Positions 34,795 to 46,582 of a stretch of DNA of 64,000 nucleotides are shown one piece after another. The notes under the pieces are model-generated. The model did not search any database, was not told where the DNA came from, and saw nothing but the letters and a program-made list of their open reading frames with translations. The stretch is from IMG/VR virus record IMGVR_UViG_3300035698_017497, positions 32,001 through 96,000 of that record, one strand, 5' to 3'. The stretch's first letter is position 1. Every line of letters starts with the position of its first letter. Source of the stretch: a virus. A program made the translations under genes and the position numbers.

Positions 34795-36899
34795 TGGCTG
34801 GGCCAAATATAGACATTGTTCAAGATCTCATAGATACAGAATGCGTTATTCGCCAAAAGATCAGGGACTTTTGCAAAAAAATCCGTGAAAAAATTGAGGC
34901 TATTGCGGACATAATTGAGACTATTGTAAATTTAATAATTCAGATTAGGTTTGGCAAAATGCCAGACGCTTTACTGGCAACGCTTATAGCTGCCTCGTTG
35001 CAGTTAGCAGGAGAGGTCGCAGCAAATATAATGGCAGCCACAGGAGCTGCTTTTACAGCTATTCTTGAAGCCTTGTTAGGTCCTTTGTTAAAAATGATTA
35101 TGGTAGCGCCCGGAGCATTGAGCAGCATAGTTAGAATACCTCAAGACGCTGCTATTAAAATTGCTATGCGTGAGAGTAGGTATATTAGAGCTGCACAAAA
35201 TAACATGTCGGTAATTATTAAAATATTAAAGAAATGGTTAAAAGCTCCATCGCAGATAAATTACAGAAAACAAATGCAGGACGCTCTTCGCCATATAAGT
35301 GCAGCAATTAAAAAGTTAAATTCCGTTATAGCTCAACTTGAGAATGATGGCAATTCTGTTTTTGATACGTCGGCATTTAAAATAGCTGAGCTGAATGTAT
35401 CTAAGGCTATAAGTGACACTTACATGGAAATAGATAATCCTTTAATGGATGCCATAAAGGAATCCCAAAAGATTGAAGCTGACACCTATTACGTCACAGA
35501 GTCCGCAAAGATCAAGGTGGTTCATAAAGCCAATTTAGCAGATATAAAAGCAGCTTACATTAAAGATGTCCAGGAAAATACCTTAAGTGATAAGATTAAA
35601 GTGCATAGGGATGGAGTATGGATTACGAGGCACTCTAAAAATAATACAAAAATAGTTGCTGAAAGTTTTGAGGAAGCTGCATATAAAATAAAGTACCAAG
35701 AAGAGCTGGACTTAGAAAATACAAGATACAAACTTGAGTTGTCTGTGGCAAGGGAGGAGGCTGATGCAAAAGCATTAGTGTCCAGGAAAGCTTTTAGAAG
35801 CGCTAAGGCTTCCGTGAAAACTGAGTTTAATTCAGACATCCAAACTCTTGGTGAACAAGCTGGTAGTTTTATATCAAACATAGGCGAAGCGTACTATTCA
35901 TATAAGCAGTGTCAACAGTATACCATATCTGTATTTAATTATAAATCATTAGTATCCTCCTTGATTGCATTTCTGATTAAATTTATCAGAAAGGCCGGCA
36001 ATGGCACAGGTAAGCTGAGCGCAATTATGCTGAGCAAGGCTGTTGATGTCATAGACCCTCTTGAACAGATGTATGAGGAGACGTTGAATAAAGCTGCTCC
36101 TGAATTTAAAAGCGAAATGGCCCTAGAGCTCGCTGCCGGACATCAGCTTTTGACTTTTGCAAAAGTTATAATGACATCAGCCTCCACCGACTCAATGATA
36201 GCACTGATCAATGCCGACGATTTACTTGAAGACGAACAAGAGAAGATGAATAAACTCATGGAGGCTATTTACAATATTAAAGATTGGGATGGAAAAACCG
36301 GAGTATGGGGAGTTCAAGCATCGATATCTCTCAGTAATCCTTACATAGACGTTATTTTAAAAGCTGCATCGTTATCGATAGCTCTTCCAATTGCTTTAAT
36401 ATCTGGTGATGGCGAGAAAGCAAATAGTACAATATCAGAATTTTATGGTAAAACAAGAAGTCTTAAGGCTCATAATAGAGTTGTGCTAAAGGCTCTTAAT
36501 ACTTATAAGATTCCGAAGCACCCATTCACTAAGGAATTTGAGGAAGTGCTTAGTAAACTTGGATTCTTAAGTATGTTTTCTGCACTGCTATCTATAAAGG
36601 GAATCATCTCATCGATAATAGATATGGCTCAGGGGTTTAAGAATTTAAAGAGATGTCAGATGGATTCTGGCGCCAGTGCCAGAGGAAATACCACTTATAG
36701 GAATGAGGCTAAGGCCGCAGTACTTCCGGCAGTTGCAGACACGAGAGATGGAAGACTTCGTGAAGTTGAACTTAAAGATATACTTGCAAGTGAGTTTTTG
36801 GGAGACGTAATACCTGAGGCTAATAGGAAAATAGACGAGAGCTTTTCTGGGTTTGGAAGCGACCCGACTGATCCGTCTGCGAATATACGTATCTATTAA
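34794..36899 (+). CDS. Large helical hypothetical protein with hydrophobic segments
   Basis: 701 aa, AGGAG RBS, translationally coupled to the sigma gene. Confidence 0.7.
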   Translation: MAGPNIDIVQDLIDTECVIRQKIRDFCKKIREKIEAIADIIETIVNLIIQIRFGKMPDALLATLIAASLQLAGEVAANIMAATGAAFTAILEALLGPLLKMIMVAPGALSSIVRIPQDAAIKIAMRESRYIRAAQNNMSVIIKILKKWLKAPSQINYRKQMQDALRHISAAIKKLNSVIAQLENDGNSVFDTSAFKIAELNVSKAISDTYMEIDNPLMDAIKESQKIEADTYYVTESAKIKVVHKANLADIKAAYIKDVQENTLSDKIKVHRDGVWITRHSKNNTKIVAESFEEAAYKIKYQEELDLENTRYKLELSVAREEADAKALVSRKAFRSAKASVKTEFNSDIQTLGEQAGSFISNIGEAYYSYKQCQQYTISVFNYKSLVSSLIAFLIKFIRKAGNGTGKLSAIMLSKAVDVIDPLEQMYEETLNKAAPEFKSEMALELAAGHQLLTFAKVIMTSASTDSMIALINADDLLEDEQEKMNKLMEAIYNIKDWDGKTGVWGVQASISLSNPYIDVILKAASLSIALPIALISGDGEKANSTISEFYGKTRSLKAHNRVVLKALNTYKIPKHPFTKEFEEVLSKLGFLSMFSALLSIKGIISSIIDMAQGFKNLKRCQMDSGASARGNTTYRNEAKAAVLPAVADTRDGRLREVELKDILASEFLGDVIPEANRKIDESFSGFGSDPTDPSANIRIY

Positions 36900-36946
36900 T
36901 GCATTTTCGATAGCAGTTACCAACCCCATATTGTATATTTTATATC

Positions 36947-37405
36947 ATGGATATAGATTTCAATACAATTCTACGCGGTGACCGAGAAGAGTTCACCATT
37001 GAAGCTGGCGGTAAGGCCGTTGAAGGTAACCGTGCGCTGGCTAATCAATTTGAAATTACGCTACTTACGTCGTGGAATGATTACTATTATCCTGAGACCG
37101 GTGAGATTAAGTCGGACACTTTTGGCGGAAACTCACTTAGATATGTTGGGCCACAGTACAACACTACTGACATTACAAGCATAATGGCAGCAATGACAGC
37201 CGCCGTAAATAACACCATTGAATCAATACAGAAGGAGCAAAGAAGTAAAAGTGTTCCGTTAAATGAGCAAATAAAATCAGCTAAAGTGTCCGATCTTTAT
37301 ACTAGCGGAGATACTATTTATTGTGTTATAGATGTTATTCCTATGGAGCTTGACCCTTATAGCGAAATCAAGTTAAACCTACCTATCATAAAGGTAAGGA
37401 CATAA
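36947..37405 (+). CDS. Putative baseplate wedge protein (gp25-like)
   Basis: 152 aa directly before a baseplate-J-like gene; size and synteny. Confidence 0.5.
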   Translation: MDIDFNTILRGDREEFTIEAGGKAVEGNRALANQFEITLLTSWNDYYYPETGEIKSDTFGGNSLRYVGPQYNTTDITSIMAAMTAAVNNTIESIQKEQRSKSVPLNEQIKSAKVSDLYTSGDTIYCVIDVIPMELDPYSEIKLNLPIIKVRT

Positions 37406-37408
37406 AAA

Positions 37409-40339
37409 ATGTTTGATATTATTCAGTATTTAAGAAAAAGATGGAGTCAGGTATCGCAGGCTACAGGGCAGCGCGGAACATTCGTTGACGAGCTAGCCAC
37501 TAAACCTACAGGTATTATACTCGGGGAATATTATAATTTACTTGTAGAGGAACGTACTATTAACAATATTGCTCTTTGGCAGGATATGACAGAAGAGCAG
37601 CTTGATTTTTTTGGAAACAAATTCTTTATACCTAGGGTTGATGGCACCAAAGCTTCAGGGTCTGTAACTATGTATTTTGATGAAGCTTCTGATTTTGAGA
37701 TAACTGGAGATGTAAAATTCGTTAATGAGGATGGTGTTGAATATTTAGCTTCACAACCGTCCTTCGTGAGTGGGAGCGTTCTCAATCAGTCTGATAGCGA
37801 TTATGCATTATACGAGTATACAGTGCCTGTAGTTGCGCTACTTGCTGGATCTCAATCTAATATAAAAGCGAATACGGTTACAGAGATAAGCGGTGGTGAT
37901 TTTGCATATAAATATGTGACAAATAATGCCGCTATACAGAATGGCGTTTACAGAGAATCGAATGAGGAATATGCTAAAAGATTGTTTTACTCTACAAATA
38001 ACAGAAGTCTTTCGAATCGTGGATCTATAACTACCCAGATTCAGACTTTATTTCCAGCTATAAAATCAATGTATGTAGCTGGAGCTGGGGACGCTTATAT
38101 GGAGCGAGATCTTATTTATGGATCAGATGGAAAGGTCGACGATATAACCTTTCTTGGAAAAACTCCCGGAAGCGGAATAGTTAAGCATTCAGCATACCCT
38201 GACTTGTTTCCACCAAGCCCAAACTCAGATACCTATGCTCAGTACAAGCCTTTCACTTTAAGCGCATCTGCAGATAAGCCAGTTACGATATCTGCCATAA
38301 GTGCAGATGCTTCCATCGATCAGGATCCGGCTATTAACGGCATAAATTTAGGTCTTGAAAATTCTTATGAGCAATATTCTGGATTGTTTTTTGATGATTA
38401 CCATAAAAACGCCATTGTAGAATCTGATTATATATTCGACGGCGTGTCTGACGGATACGACGATGTAGTGGTAGCCGGGAATGGGTTAAGGCCTGGTGTG
38501 TATGGCGAATTAATAGATAGTGCTGCGAACGATCCTATTGAATTCTCGGGCGCATCTATACAGATGAGAGCCGTCACTGAAGACAATAGAGCAGTTGTAG
38601 TATCTAAAGATATTGGTAAGCGTGGTGGAGTAAAACTTATTGGAACATTGAAGACCCCTTCTGAAGCATCTGCTCTAAAAACAGTTTTGCAGTTTAGTGT
38701 TGGCGGGATAAATGCTGGAAGTTCCGTAGACGCTTTCTCCGGGATTGGGTTTGGGATATATCCTTATGCTGCGTATAATAGCTCATTTAATAATGCAATC
38801 GCATTCATACATACCGGAACATATTACGGAGCAACTCAAATATATCTTGAGAATGGAGCGGGAGGATACGTCTCTGATTTTAATGCCGTAGTAGAGGATA
38901 ATGTAAAATTTAAAGAAGATATGCAGTATGATTTTGAATTTATACTTTATGACAATACCCTAAGTGGAAATAATGATAATTCTGATGAGCCTAGAGATAT
39001 ATACGCAACCTTACTGCTTACTCCTGCCGACTCGGCTTACGACACTATAAAAATTAGAGCCACTACAAATATGCTTAGGCCTATAAAGGAAGAATTCCTT
39101 CTTGAGGATTCCGACTATTTTGGTGAGTCTATCAAAATAGCTCTACAGCCATCTACTACAGTTGATGGAACTGAGTTGTGGACTGTTAATAATATCGTAG
39201 CCACAGACTTAACAGAGTCTCATGCACAGATGGCTTTAGCTATGGATATTGCGAATCTTACTGGGGACGTTAATTTCTACATAGCTGCTGATGGTGAGGG
39301 GTTTCTGAATAATGGCGTAATCGAAGGAGCTGAGGTGTTTGTATGGGACCCATCATTAGATTCTCTTTATACTCCATCATCTTCATTAAATACAGGTGCA
39401 TGGAAAAGGCTTAATGAAATTTCTGGCGGAGGAATGTCAACAATATCGGGAGCATCTGAAGTAATTAAAAATATAGAAGAGTATGTAGTGGGTGGAGCTC
39501 TGCCTAATAAGGTGATGTTTTTAGTAAAGTCTTTAGGTAAATCAAAGTCATCAAGTGAATTTAGAGGAGACGCTCTTGATGATGTCCAAGTAAGGCTCAG
39601 TGTTGGGTATGTTAAGATTGAGAATGTTCTTAGTAGTTACTACCATTCAAACACAGAAACAGATTTATATCTTTCTACTTTTTTCAATACCGAAAGTCTT
39701 CCAGAGGAATCAGTTGATGTTACTAAGACCAGTAATGAAACTTATTTTGAATTAAGTACAGATACTGGTTTTAGCTCTCCAATAGCCAACATAGCCAGTA
39801 TCACTACTGGTGATAGCGGTGACGAGCTTCAGATTCCGGACGACGAGTATGAGATAGTGTACAGCGATGATGATTTTAGAGGGTCAAGCTCTGAGATAAT
39901 AAAAATAATACTAGATGATAGTGCTGTAAATAATATCTCTGTTCAGTACGTAGGGTACCCAAAGATAGCTGAAATACAAGGGTACTTCTCAGACTCTCAA
40001 TATAAACAGAACTTTGGAAACTATCTAATAAGGCATAAATACCCATGCTCTTTAGACATAGCTCTCACATATTCAGGGTCATTACAGATTGATGAAATAA
40101 ACACAATCATAACAGATTATATAGATACGAAAGTAACAAGCACGTTATCTAAGGATAAGTTGTGGCAATATCTGTATGACAATGGTTATATTTCAAATAT
40201 AGGAAGTAACGATCTTACAATATCTTACGAGAAACTTGATAGCGAGTTTGATATTGAATCAGGAGATATCGATAAAGAGTTAGAGATAAGGCCAATAGAT
40301 TTTTTCTATATTAAAAAAATAGAATCAACAAAGATATAA
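37409..40339 (+). CDS. Baseplate J/gp6-like wedge protein
   Basis: R..G.KASG.V..YF, VVA...G...NI, VTN..AI.NG..RESNEEY..R, V.GAGD.YMERD. Confidence 0.75.
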   Translation: MFDIIQYLRKRWSQVSQATGQRGTFVDELATKPTGIILGEYYNLLVEERTINNIALWQDMTEEQLDFFGNKFFIPRVDGTKASGSVTMYFDEASDFEITGDVKFVNEDGVEYLASQPSFVSGSVLNQSDSDYALYEYTVPVVALLAGSQSNIKANTVTEISGGDFAYKYVTNNAAIQNGVYRESNEEYAKRLFYSTNNRSLSNRGSITTQIQTLFPAIKSMYVAGAGDAYMERDLIYGSDGKVDDITFLGKTPGSGIVKHSAYPDLFPPSPNSDTYAQYKPFTLSASADKPVTISAISADASIDQDPAINGINLGLENSYEQYSGLFFDDYHKNAIVESDYIFDGVSDGYDDVVVAGNGLRPGVYGELIDSAANDPIEFSGASIQMRAVTEDNRAVVVSKDIGKRGGVKLIGTLKTPSEASALKTVLQFSVGGINAGSSVDAFSGIGFGIYPYAAYNSSFNNAIAFIHTGTYYGATQIYLENGAGGYVSDFNAVVEDNVKFKEDMQYDFEFILYDNTLSGNNDNSDEPRDIYATLLLTPADSAYDTIKIRATTNMLRPIKEEFLLEDSDYFGESIKIALQPSTTVDGTELWTVNNIVATDLTESHAQMALAMDIANLTGDVNFYIAADGEGFLNNGVIEGAEVFVWDPSLDSLYTPSSSLNTGAWKRLNEISGGGMSTISGASEVIKNIEEYVVGGALPNKVMFLVKSLGKSKSSSEFRGDALDDVQVRLSVGYVKIENVLSSYYHSNTETDLYLSTFFNTESLPEESVDVTKTSNETYFELSTDTGFSSPIANIASITTGDSGDELQIPDDEYEIVYSDDDFRGSSSEIIKIILDDSAVNNISVQYVGYPKIAEIQGYFSDSQYKQNFGNYLIRHKYPCSLDIALTYSGSLQIDEINTIITDYIDTKVTSTLSKDKLWQYLYDNGYISNIGSNDLTISYEKLDSEFDIESGDIDKELEIRPIDFFYIKKIESTKI

Positions 40340-40351
40340 GGAGTCAATAGC

Positions 40352-41584
40352 ATGGTAGTACAATTCGGAGCAAACGCTGGAGTTTCATTATCGCAGGCTG
40401 TATCTGGAATAAGCAGCATATCTGACAATATTATCCTGCAACAAGACGGAGAATGCTCAGAAATACTTCCTGCTAAATTTAAAGACTTATCATTTGGAGA
40501 TGCCTACTCTATATCTATCAAGGGCGATGGTAGTAAAATATTTCTTTCTGAGTCATCATTCAATAATGCTGGCGGACTCGGAGGAAGTAGAGCGTGGCCG
40601 TACTTGCAATTTGGATCAGTTGACGGTCTTAAAAGCATCTCACTGGAGAATGTTAAATTTGTCATAACTCCTGATTATGTCAATGGCGCTAGCAGTGCAG
40701 TACCATGCATAATGCTTAACGACGATATTGAATCTGCTCTTTCTGAAAACTCGAATATTGTAGATGCGTATATGACTTCTGTCATTGGGGTTACTTTCAA
40801 TAGCGTTGCATCGTTAATATCTGCAAACGCTGATGTAGAGTACTCTTACGATCTTAGGATTAGGTCATGTAACATATTCAGAGCTGCTCATGTTATTGAT
40901 AATATTGATATCGATGGCGTTACTGGAAAACTGTCTGTAGAGAATCTTACAGCAATAATGTCAAACTCATCAAGTAACCCTATTAGTGTTTCAGTAAAAG
41001 ATAAGATTAATCAGAAAATTTACAATTCGTATATTGTTAATCAGTCTGGACCATCTGCCCCAAACTCGGCGATGATAGATCTTAAGAATGTTTATACATA
41101 TGGATCTGGGTCATTCGATTTAAAGAAAAAAAATCCAGCCACTTCTCCAGATAGATGTATGATGGATTATAGCAATATTGATAGTATTTATTTCCTTACT
41201 CCAAAATTCAACTGCCAACTATTCGCGGGACCAGATCGTGACCCCATTTTTGCCGGAACTGTCAGATACAATAATGGATCAACAATCAAAATTGGAAGTA
41301 TGATAGCTGGTGGATCAGGAGTATCTTACGATCTTGCCCCGCCAAATAACATAGCTGCCATATCAATTGATGGTAATATAAAAGTTTCGTGGGATGAGCC
41401 GTCTGACACAGCAAGTGCAATATCAGGATACCAAGTGTACCGGTCTTCTATTGGTGGAGATGTAATTAATTTTAATAACATAGATCAAATCGGGTCAGTG
41501 CAAAAAGGAAGTACAGAATACATAGACACGTCAGTAGTTCCTGGCACCGATTACTGGTACAGGGTTAAATCTTACAAGGCTTAA
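40352..41584 (+). CDS. Structural protein, beta-helix-like region plus C-terminal fibronectin type III domain
   Basis: VSWDEP......GYQVYRS...YIDTSVVPG.DYWYRV. Confidence 0.7.
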   Translation: MVVQFGANAGVSLSQAVSGISSISDNIILQQDGECSEILPAKFKDLSFGDAYSISIKGDGSKIFLSESSFNNAGGLGGSRAWPYLQFGSVDGLKSISLENVKFVITPDYVNGASSAVPCIMLNDDIESALSENSNIVDAYMTSVIGVTFNSVASLISANADVEYSYDLRIRSCNIFRAAHVIDNIDIDGVTGKLSVENLTAIMSNSSSNPISVSVKDKINQKIYNSYIVNQSGPSAPNSAMIDLKNVYTYGSGSFDLKKKNPATSPDRCMMDYSNIDSIYFLTPKFNCQLFAGPDRDPIFAGTVRYNNGSTIKIGSMIAGGSGVSYDLAPPNNIAAISIDGNIKVSWDEPSDTASAISGYQVYRSSIGGDVINFNNIDQIGSVQKGSTEYIDTSVVPGTDYWYRVKSYKA

Positions 41585-41586
41585 TA

Positions 41587-41838
41587 ATGAATGTAATAGG
41601 ATTTTCTGAAGCTTCGTGCTGTGTTGTTGGAGACGCTATAGTTTCTGATCTTAAGCAATACTCTGATCCTTCAGAATCACGCTTTGTTGAATATGATATT
41701 TTTGTTGCTGACTTTTCGGAATCCGCTGAGGCAATATCAGAGATAGTTAATTTTGGCCAGTTTGGTGATGCTACGTATTGCGAGTTGGTAAATACAGACG
41801 TATCGCAAATGTCAAGCTGTGCAAGATGCAGAATATAA
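41587..41838 (+). CDS. Small hypothetical protein
   Basis: 83 aa filling the gap between coupled genes. Confidence 0.5.
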   Translation: MNVIGFSEASCCVVGDAIVSDLKQYSDPSESRFVEYDIFVADFSESAEAISEIVNFGQFGDATYCELVNTDVSQMSSCARCRI

Positions 41839-41851
41839 ACGAGGATTGTCA

Positions 41852-43345
41852 ATGTCTAAAATTGTTAATTGGTATTACGATGAAGATAATGGCGCCGGCC
41901 AGCAGACCGGCGAGATCAATTATCCATTTGCAACATTTGAAAATTTGACATCGGCTATAGAAGCTACTGCGGATGTTGACGTCTTAAATATATACATAAA
42001 AGGTCAACTAACAGCCCTAGCCACACCTGCTGAAATAAATGATTCAGTTGGCGAGTTTAATGTATTGCCACATCCTAGCGAGAACAGCTATACAATATTG
42101 TCATCCGGATTATCTGATAAAAAAGTTTTTAGAATTAATAATATTGACGGTGAGTTAAATGTAAATTACAATAACGCAATCTTCAGCATTGGCCCAGACA
42201 GTGCGTTTTATGCTATAGATTACGAGTTTGATGGTGACGGAACTCTCAATTTGGATTTTGTTAACTGCGTATTTTATAGAAGCTCTACGCCTGGGACTTC
42301 CGTGTATCCAATCAATAGCACGAACGCTTATGTTACGGATGCGTCACTGGTAAATGTTGGCTATTATGGATGTGTGTTTGATGTCTATTTTGAAATTAGT
42401 TTCAAAATTGGAAAACATATGGCCACCGATTTGACCAGGCACGTTGTAACGGTAAGGGACTCTCTATTTAAGACTTTTAGCAATACTATCACTGGAAGTA
42501 TAATAACTTTAGATATAGATTACTGTGAGTTCTCTGAGGCCTTTACTATTGACAGTGTTGCTATAACTGGAACTAACGTCGTTAGTAGTACAGCATTCGC
42601 AGATCTTAATGTGCAATCTATTGTGAATGGCAGTCAGATATTACAATATTTTGAACAGTACGAATTCTCTGTTCAGCTTTCGCCCGAGTTCCTTACAACA
42701 TCTCCTGTTGGACTTAACGGCGGAGTCAGAGTTGGCCCCGGGGCATTTTATTTTGTTGGTAGTACAATCTACGTAGATCTAGATTTAGAAGAGACTGATT
42801 ACGGAGACGGTACAGTCAGGGATCCTTATAATTATTGGCAACTTGAATCTTTTGAAGATTTTGGATATGGTGATGTTGTAAAGATAAAAGGCACTAAGCA
42901 TATAGATGGTCAAGAGTTTGAATGGTTTATGAGAAACAAAACCCTTAATTATGTTAAATTAAAAGGCTGGGACATTGGCGTTAACGGCATTTGGAAAATT
43001 CAGCTTAAGGATTACATAGTATCGACGTACTCTATCTTTACTGGATGCATATTAACTTCTGTGGAGATGTCAGATTTTCTAATTATAAATGAAACTGAAT
43101 CGGATATAGATATTAAGTCAATAAATAATTGTGAGGGTACCGCAACAAAGTTTAAAAATTTTATAATACATTGCAATGAGATAGATTCATCTGTTTATGG
43201 TAATTTCAATGTAGAATCCACATATGTCGAGCCAGGGTATTACGGCGGAACTATAACTGCTAATAAGTTAAGGCTGAATAGCGGGCTTGGATGTAAAATA
43301 AAAGATACTATACTTAACATTCAGAGCGTTGAGGATTTAGTCTAA
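41852..43345 (+). CDS. Beta-helix-like virion protein
   Basis: GAGGA RBS before ATG 41852; repeated YVD......GDG...P(F/Y) modules. Confidence 0.6.
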   Translation: MSKIVNWYYDEDNGAGQQTGEINYPFATFENLTSAIEATADVDVLNIYIKGQLTALATPAEINDSVGEFNVLPHPSENSYTILSSGLSDKKVFRINNIDGELNVNYNNAIFSIGPDSAFYAIDYEFDGDGTLNLDFVNCVFYRSSTPGTSVYPINSTNAYVTDASLVNVGYYGCVFDVYFEISFKIGKHMATDLTRHVVTVRDSLFKTFSNTITGSIITLDIDYCEFSEAFTIDSVAITGTNVVSSTAFADLNVQSIVNGSQILQYFEQYEFSVQLSPEFLTTSPVGLNGGVRVGPGAFYFVGSTIYVDLDLEETDYGDGTVRDPYNYWQLESFEDFGYGDVVKIKGTKHIDGQEFEWFMRNKTLNYVKLKGWDIGVNGIWKIQLKDYIVSTYSIFTGCILTSVEMSDFLIINETESDIDIKSINNCEGTATKFKNFIIHCNEIDSSVYGNFNVESTYVEPGYYGGTITANKLRLNSGLGCKIKDTILNIQSVEDLV

Positions 43346-46300
43346 TGAGCTATTATGTAAGCAAAACAGGATCAGCCACAACACCTTACGATACCCCAGC
43401 TAAGGCTGCTAATAGGATAACTGACGTTAGCGTTTACGGAGTATCTGTCGGTGAGACATATTACGATATTAGACTTTGGTCAGAGAACGACGGTGATGTT
43501 ATACGTGAAGATATCTCCGCTGGCGAGGCTGCAGGTCTATACTCATTTGGCGAAGACACTGGCAGCGTTACTGAGACTGTGGTTATATCCGGAGATCCAC
43601 TAAGTCCATTTGTCCCGAGAGTATTTTTTAATACAGTCAACTCGTATGCTAAAACATTTAATTTTTATAGCGGTGAATCGCTTAGAAATGTTACAGTTCA
43701 AAATTTTATGATTGTTGCAGATCCGGATGGGATAAATTTATCAAATGGTTTCGTTACTTGCAATGGTGGAGCGGAGCTATTCGAGAGCGTTGTTATTAGT
43801 GGGACTTTCTGGGATTTTAGACAAGGCGGATTAATAGGCGCACCTGCCATACTAGACATATATGCGCATTGCGAGAGATACACTATAGAGAGAAACGTGC
43901 TACTTGTAAGCTCGCTTGTTTATATTATAGACATTAGCGTTAGCTCAGTTGCTGGAGATGGATCTACTGTTAGGAATAATACTATAGTAAGATACGGAAT
44001 AGCAAGCGATCCAACAGTCAGGTTTAATAATGGAATAGATGTTGACTCGAATACTTATTCTGAATTCACTAACAATATAGTTATCAATAAAGATTCAAGT
44101 ACGTGCACTGCTGTAATATTTGAAAACGACGTTAGTTTTATTTCTGACCACAACTGCGCGACAATTGCCAGCACTGATCAGTTATTGATAATAGTTGACA
44201 ATACAGGAAATTCATTGTACCCAGGTCCATCTACTCTTTTGGAAGACCCATTGTTTGTAGAGGTTCCTGATGCTACCGAGCTATTAGATTATATGGATCC
44301 AAAATTAAATCTTCAAGCTGTCTCTCCATGTAGAGATGCTGCAGATGATTATGGAGATATTGGCGCTTATATATATACTAACGAAATACAAACTGGAGTG
44401 GTAGATCTTGAGAATGTAGAATCGCCATTAGACTTGTCGACAATAGTCAACGTTGTCATATCCAACGTTACGCATCTTTCTGATATAAGCGATAGGCTTC
44501 CAACCTTTTACGAAGTAGGCAATTTTGAGGTTCAGGATTATAATGTGGGGAACGTGATACCAACTCAGTCCGGGTCAGCATCGTATGACGATTATAGCAC
44601 TGGAATAGTTGGAGTGGAGAGGGTAGGAATTGGAGGCCTATCGTTTAATATTATAAGTGTTGAGGTTCCATATTATCTAGAAACCAGAATCGACTGCGCT
44701 CCTCCCAACATTACTTATTGGAAGTTCTGGAATTACATATCAACATTCTGGAATTTCAAGTCAGACCAGTTAAAAGAATGGTTCGAAGATTTTTGGCGTG
44801 GGCTAAGCGAGATGAACCATAAACTGACACTGCACGCTAGTAGGTTTTTAGCATTACAGGCCCCTGAAAATGCACTTGAGTGTGTTTATGATTATCAGAT
44901 GTCTGTAGACTTAGGGCCTCTCAATAGTATGCCTATAGAGCTAAATCCCCTAGTCCAAATCGGGCGTAATAAATTTATATCACCAACAGGAGTGGTGGTA
45001 AATCCACCTACACTTAATCAGGAAACTGGTGAGCAGGAGTATTTACACTACATAATTGTTGGACAGTATGATTACTATGCAGCTTTCGATACTTTTGATG
45101 TAACTAAAAAAATGTACATAGTTGTAAATGATAAATCTACCGGGGGCCGAGAATACTTCGAGCTTAATGGGTTAGTGTCAAGTGAAGAAGGCACGTTCCC
45201 TAATCAGTCAGGTGTGAAAGATGCATACGCTTTTGAGATAGCTTCAGATTTATCTAGTTATATAGATAAAGATTTTGCATTTTACCTTACTACTGGAAGA
45301 GCTTACTATGTTGGAAACGAAATAGTCTCAATAGATTATTTAAGAAAAAACCCGGCTACTGTAGGGGTGCTGTATTCAAATGACATAGACTATTATATGC
45401 GAGATGGAATTGTGGAATTTTATAATGACATAGACTATTTCGACACGGTGTACTGTGATTACGTTGAGTACACTGACACGTACATATATGAGACTTACGG
45501 AAACCTTGTGGGGATAATTGACCATCACACTTACAATTATGATAATTACCATGGTAAGGTTGCGATCAACGCTGCACTTAAGGGGTATCAGGAAGCCGGC
45601 AAGGAGAGTGGTGCTAATTTGGCACTGAACTCGTTGTATGCAGCTCCTATTGCTGCTGAAGATGGTGAGGTAGTTGGACTGTTTGAGTCTTACGGATATA
45701 GAGTTAGCGATGTATCAATCATATCTGGCGATTATTACCAGATCACTGTAGACGTTGAGGATGATCTTTCGTACATGTTCCAGAAAGGTACTCATATTTA
45801 TTGTGATGATACTAACAAAATATACACAGTAGACTCAGTAATAGATCGTGATGCTGGAACTATCAAGGTCCTGATGGAAGACTCTGATTGCCTTATTGAA
45901 AATGAACATACAGTATATCCAAGACTTAGAAATAGATTTGATATTATAGAGTACGAAGCTGAGTCTAGCGAAAAAGGCGGAGTAATCGTAATGGATGTCA
46001 GAGAAGAGCTCTTGGCTATGGCTAACCAGATAGATGTCATAAATACCATAACTGAGGGTAAAGCTTATCCTGAAATAATAGTTTATGATGCCGTGTATAA
46101 TGGAACTTACCATATGACTAGCGTTGAATACGGTGTTGAGCCTAGTAGCGCCCGTGTAAATCTTTACAAAACGTACAATGATGATATAGCTGCATACAAC
46201 GACAATATAGCTGTCGACGTTGTTGAGGATAAGAATGGCAAGGCTCATGTGCCATGGCTAACACATAAATTTTTACTAGTGAAGCACAGCGCGTCAAAGT

Positions 46301-46551
46301 ATAGGAAATATTATCTTGACTCTACAGTCGATACAATTTACGAACGTGGCGATCAAGTTTATAAGTATGACATTCTGGCAAGAAATGTAAGTAGATTTTC
46401 CAATGATTCATTCCCGGGATGGAACGGGTACGGTCAGTTTGAAGCTTTTAACGATCACGACTCTGCTTACGGGCTGATCACTATAACATCTGAAAATCCA
46501 GGGGTGGATCCTGGAACTTATTTACCTGTTGGATATAGGACTATAGATTAA
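43345..46551 (+). CDS. Baseplate wedge-like protein with N-terminal beta-helix domain
   Basis: YYVSKTGS.T.PYDT..KAA N-terminus, SPC.DAA....DIGAY, FW.Y.S.FW.......FE.FW.GL. Confidence 0.55.
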   Translation: MSYYVSKTGSATTPYDTPAKAANRITDVSVYGVSVGETYYDIRLWSENDGDVIREDISAGEAAGLYSFGEDTGSVTETVVISGDPLSPFVPRVFFNTVNSYAKTFNFYSGESLRNVTVQNFMIVADPDGINLSNGFVTCNGGAELFESVVISGTFWDFRQGGLIGAPAILDIYAHCERYTIERNVLLVSSLVYIIDISVSSVAGDGSTVRNNTIVRYGIASDPTVRFNNGIDVDSNTYSEFTNNIVINKDSSTCTAVIFENDVSFISDHNCATIASTDQLLIIVDNTGNSLYPGPSTLLEDPLFVEVPDATELLDYMDPKLNLQAVSPCRDAADDYGDIGAYIYTNEIQTGVVDLENVESPLDLSTIVNVVISNVTHLSDISDRLPTFYEVGNFEVQDYNVGNVIPTQSGSASYDDYSTGIVGVERVGIGGLSFNIISVEVPYYLETRIDCAPPNITYWKFWNYISTFWNFKSDQLKEWFEDFWRGLSEMNHKLTLHASRFLALQAPENALECVYDYQMSVDLGPLNSMPIELNPLVQIGRNKFISPTGVVVNPPTLNQETGEQEYLHYIIVGQYDYYAAFDTFDVTKKMYIVVNDKSTGGREYFELNGLVSSEEGTFPNQSGVKDAYAFEIASDLSSYIDKDFAFYLTTGRAYYVGNEIVSIDYLRKNPATVGVLYSNDIDYYMRDGIVEFYNDIDYFDTVYCDYVEYTDTYIYETYGNLVGIIDHHTYNYDNYHGKVAINAALKGYQEAGKESGANLALNSLYAAPIAAEDGEVVGLFESYGYRVSDVSIISGDYYQITVDVEDDLSYMFQKGTHIYCDDTNKIYTVDSVIDRDAGTIKVLMEDSDCLIENEHTVYPRLRNRFDIIEYEAESSEKGGVIVMDVREELLAMANQIDVINTITEGKAYPEIIVYDAVYNGTYHMTSVEYGVEPSSARVNLYKTYNDDIAAYNDNIAVDVVEDKNGKAHVPWLTHKFLLVKHSASKYRKYYLDSTVDTIYERGDQVYKYDILARNVSRFSNDSFPGWNGYGQFEAFNDHDSAYGLITITSENPGVDPGTYLPVGYRTID

Positions 46552-46582
46552 TTATTTTATATACTAAATAGAAAGTTCAAAA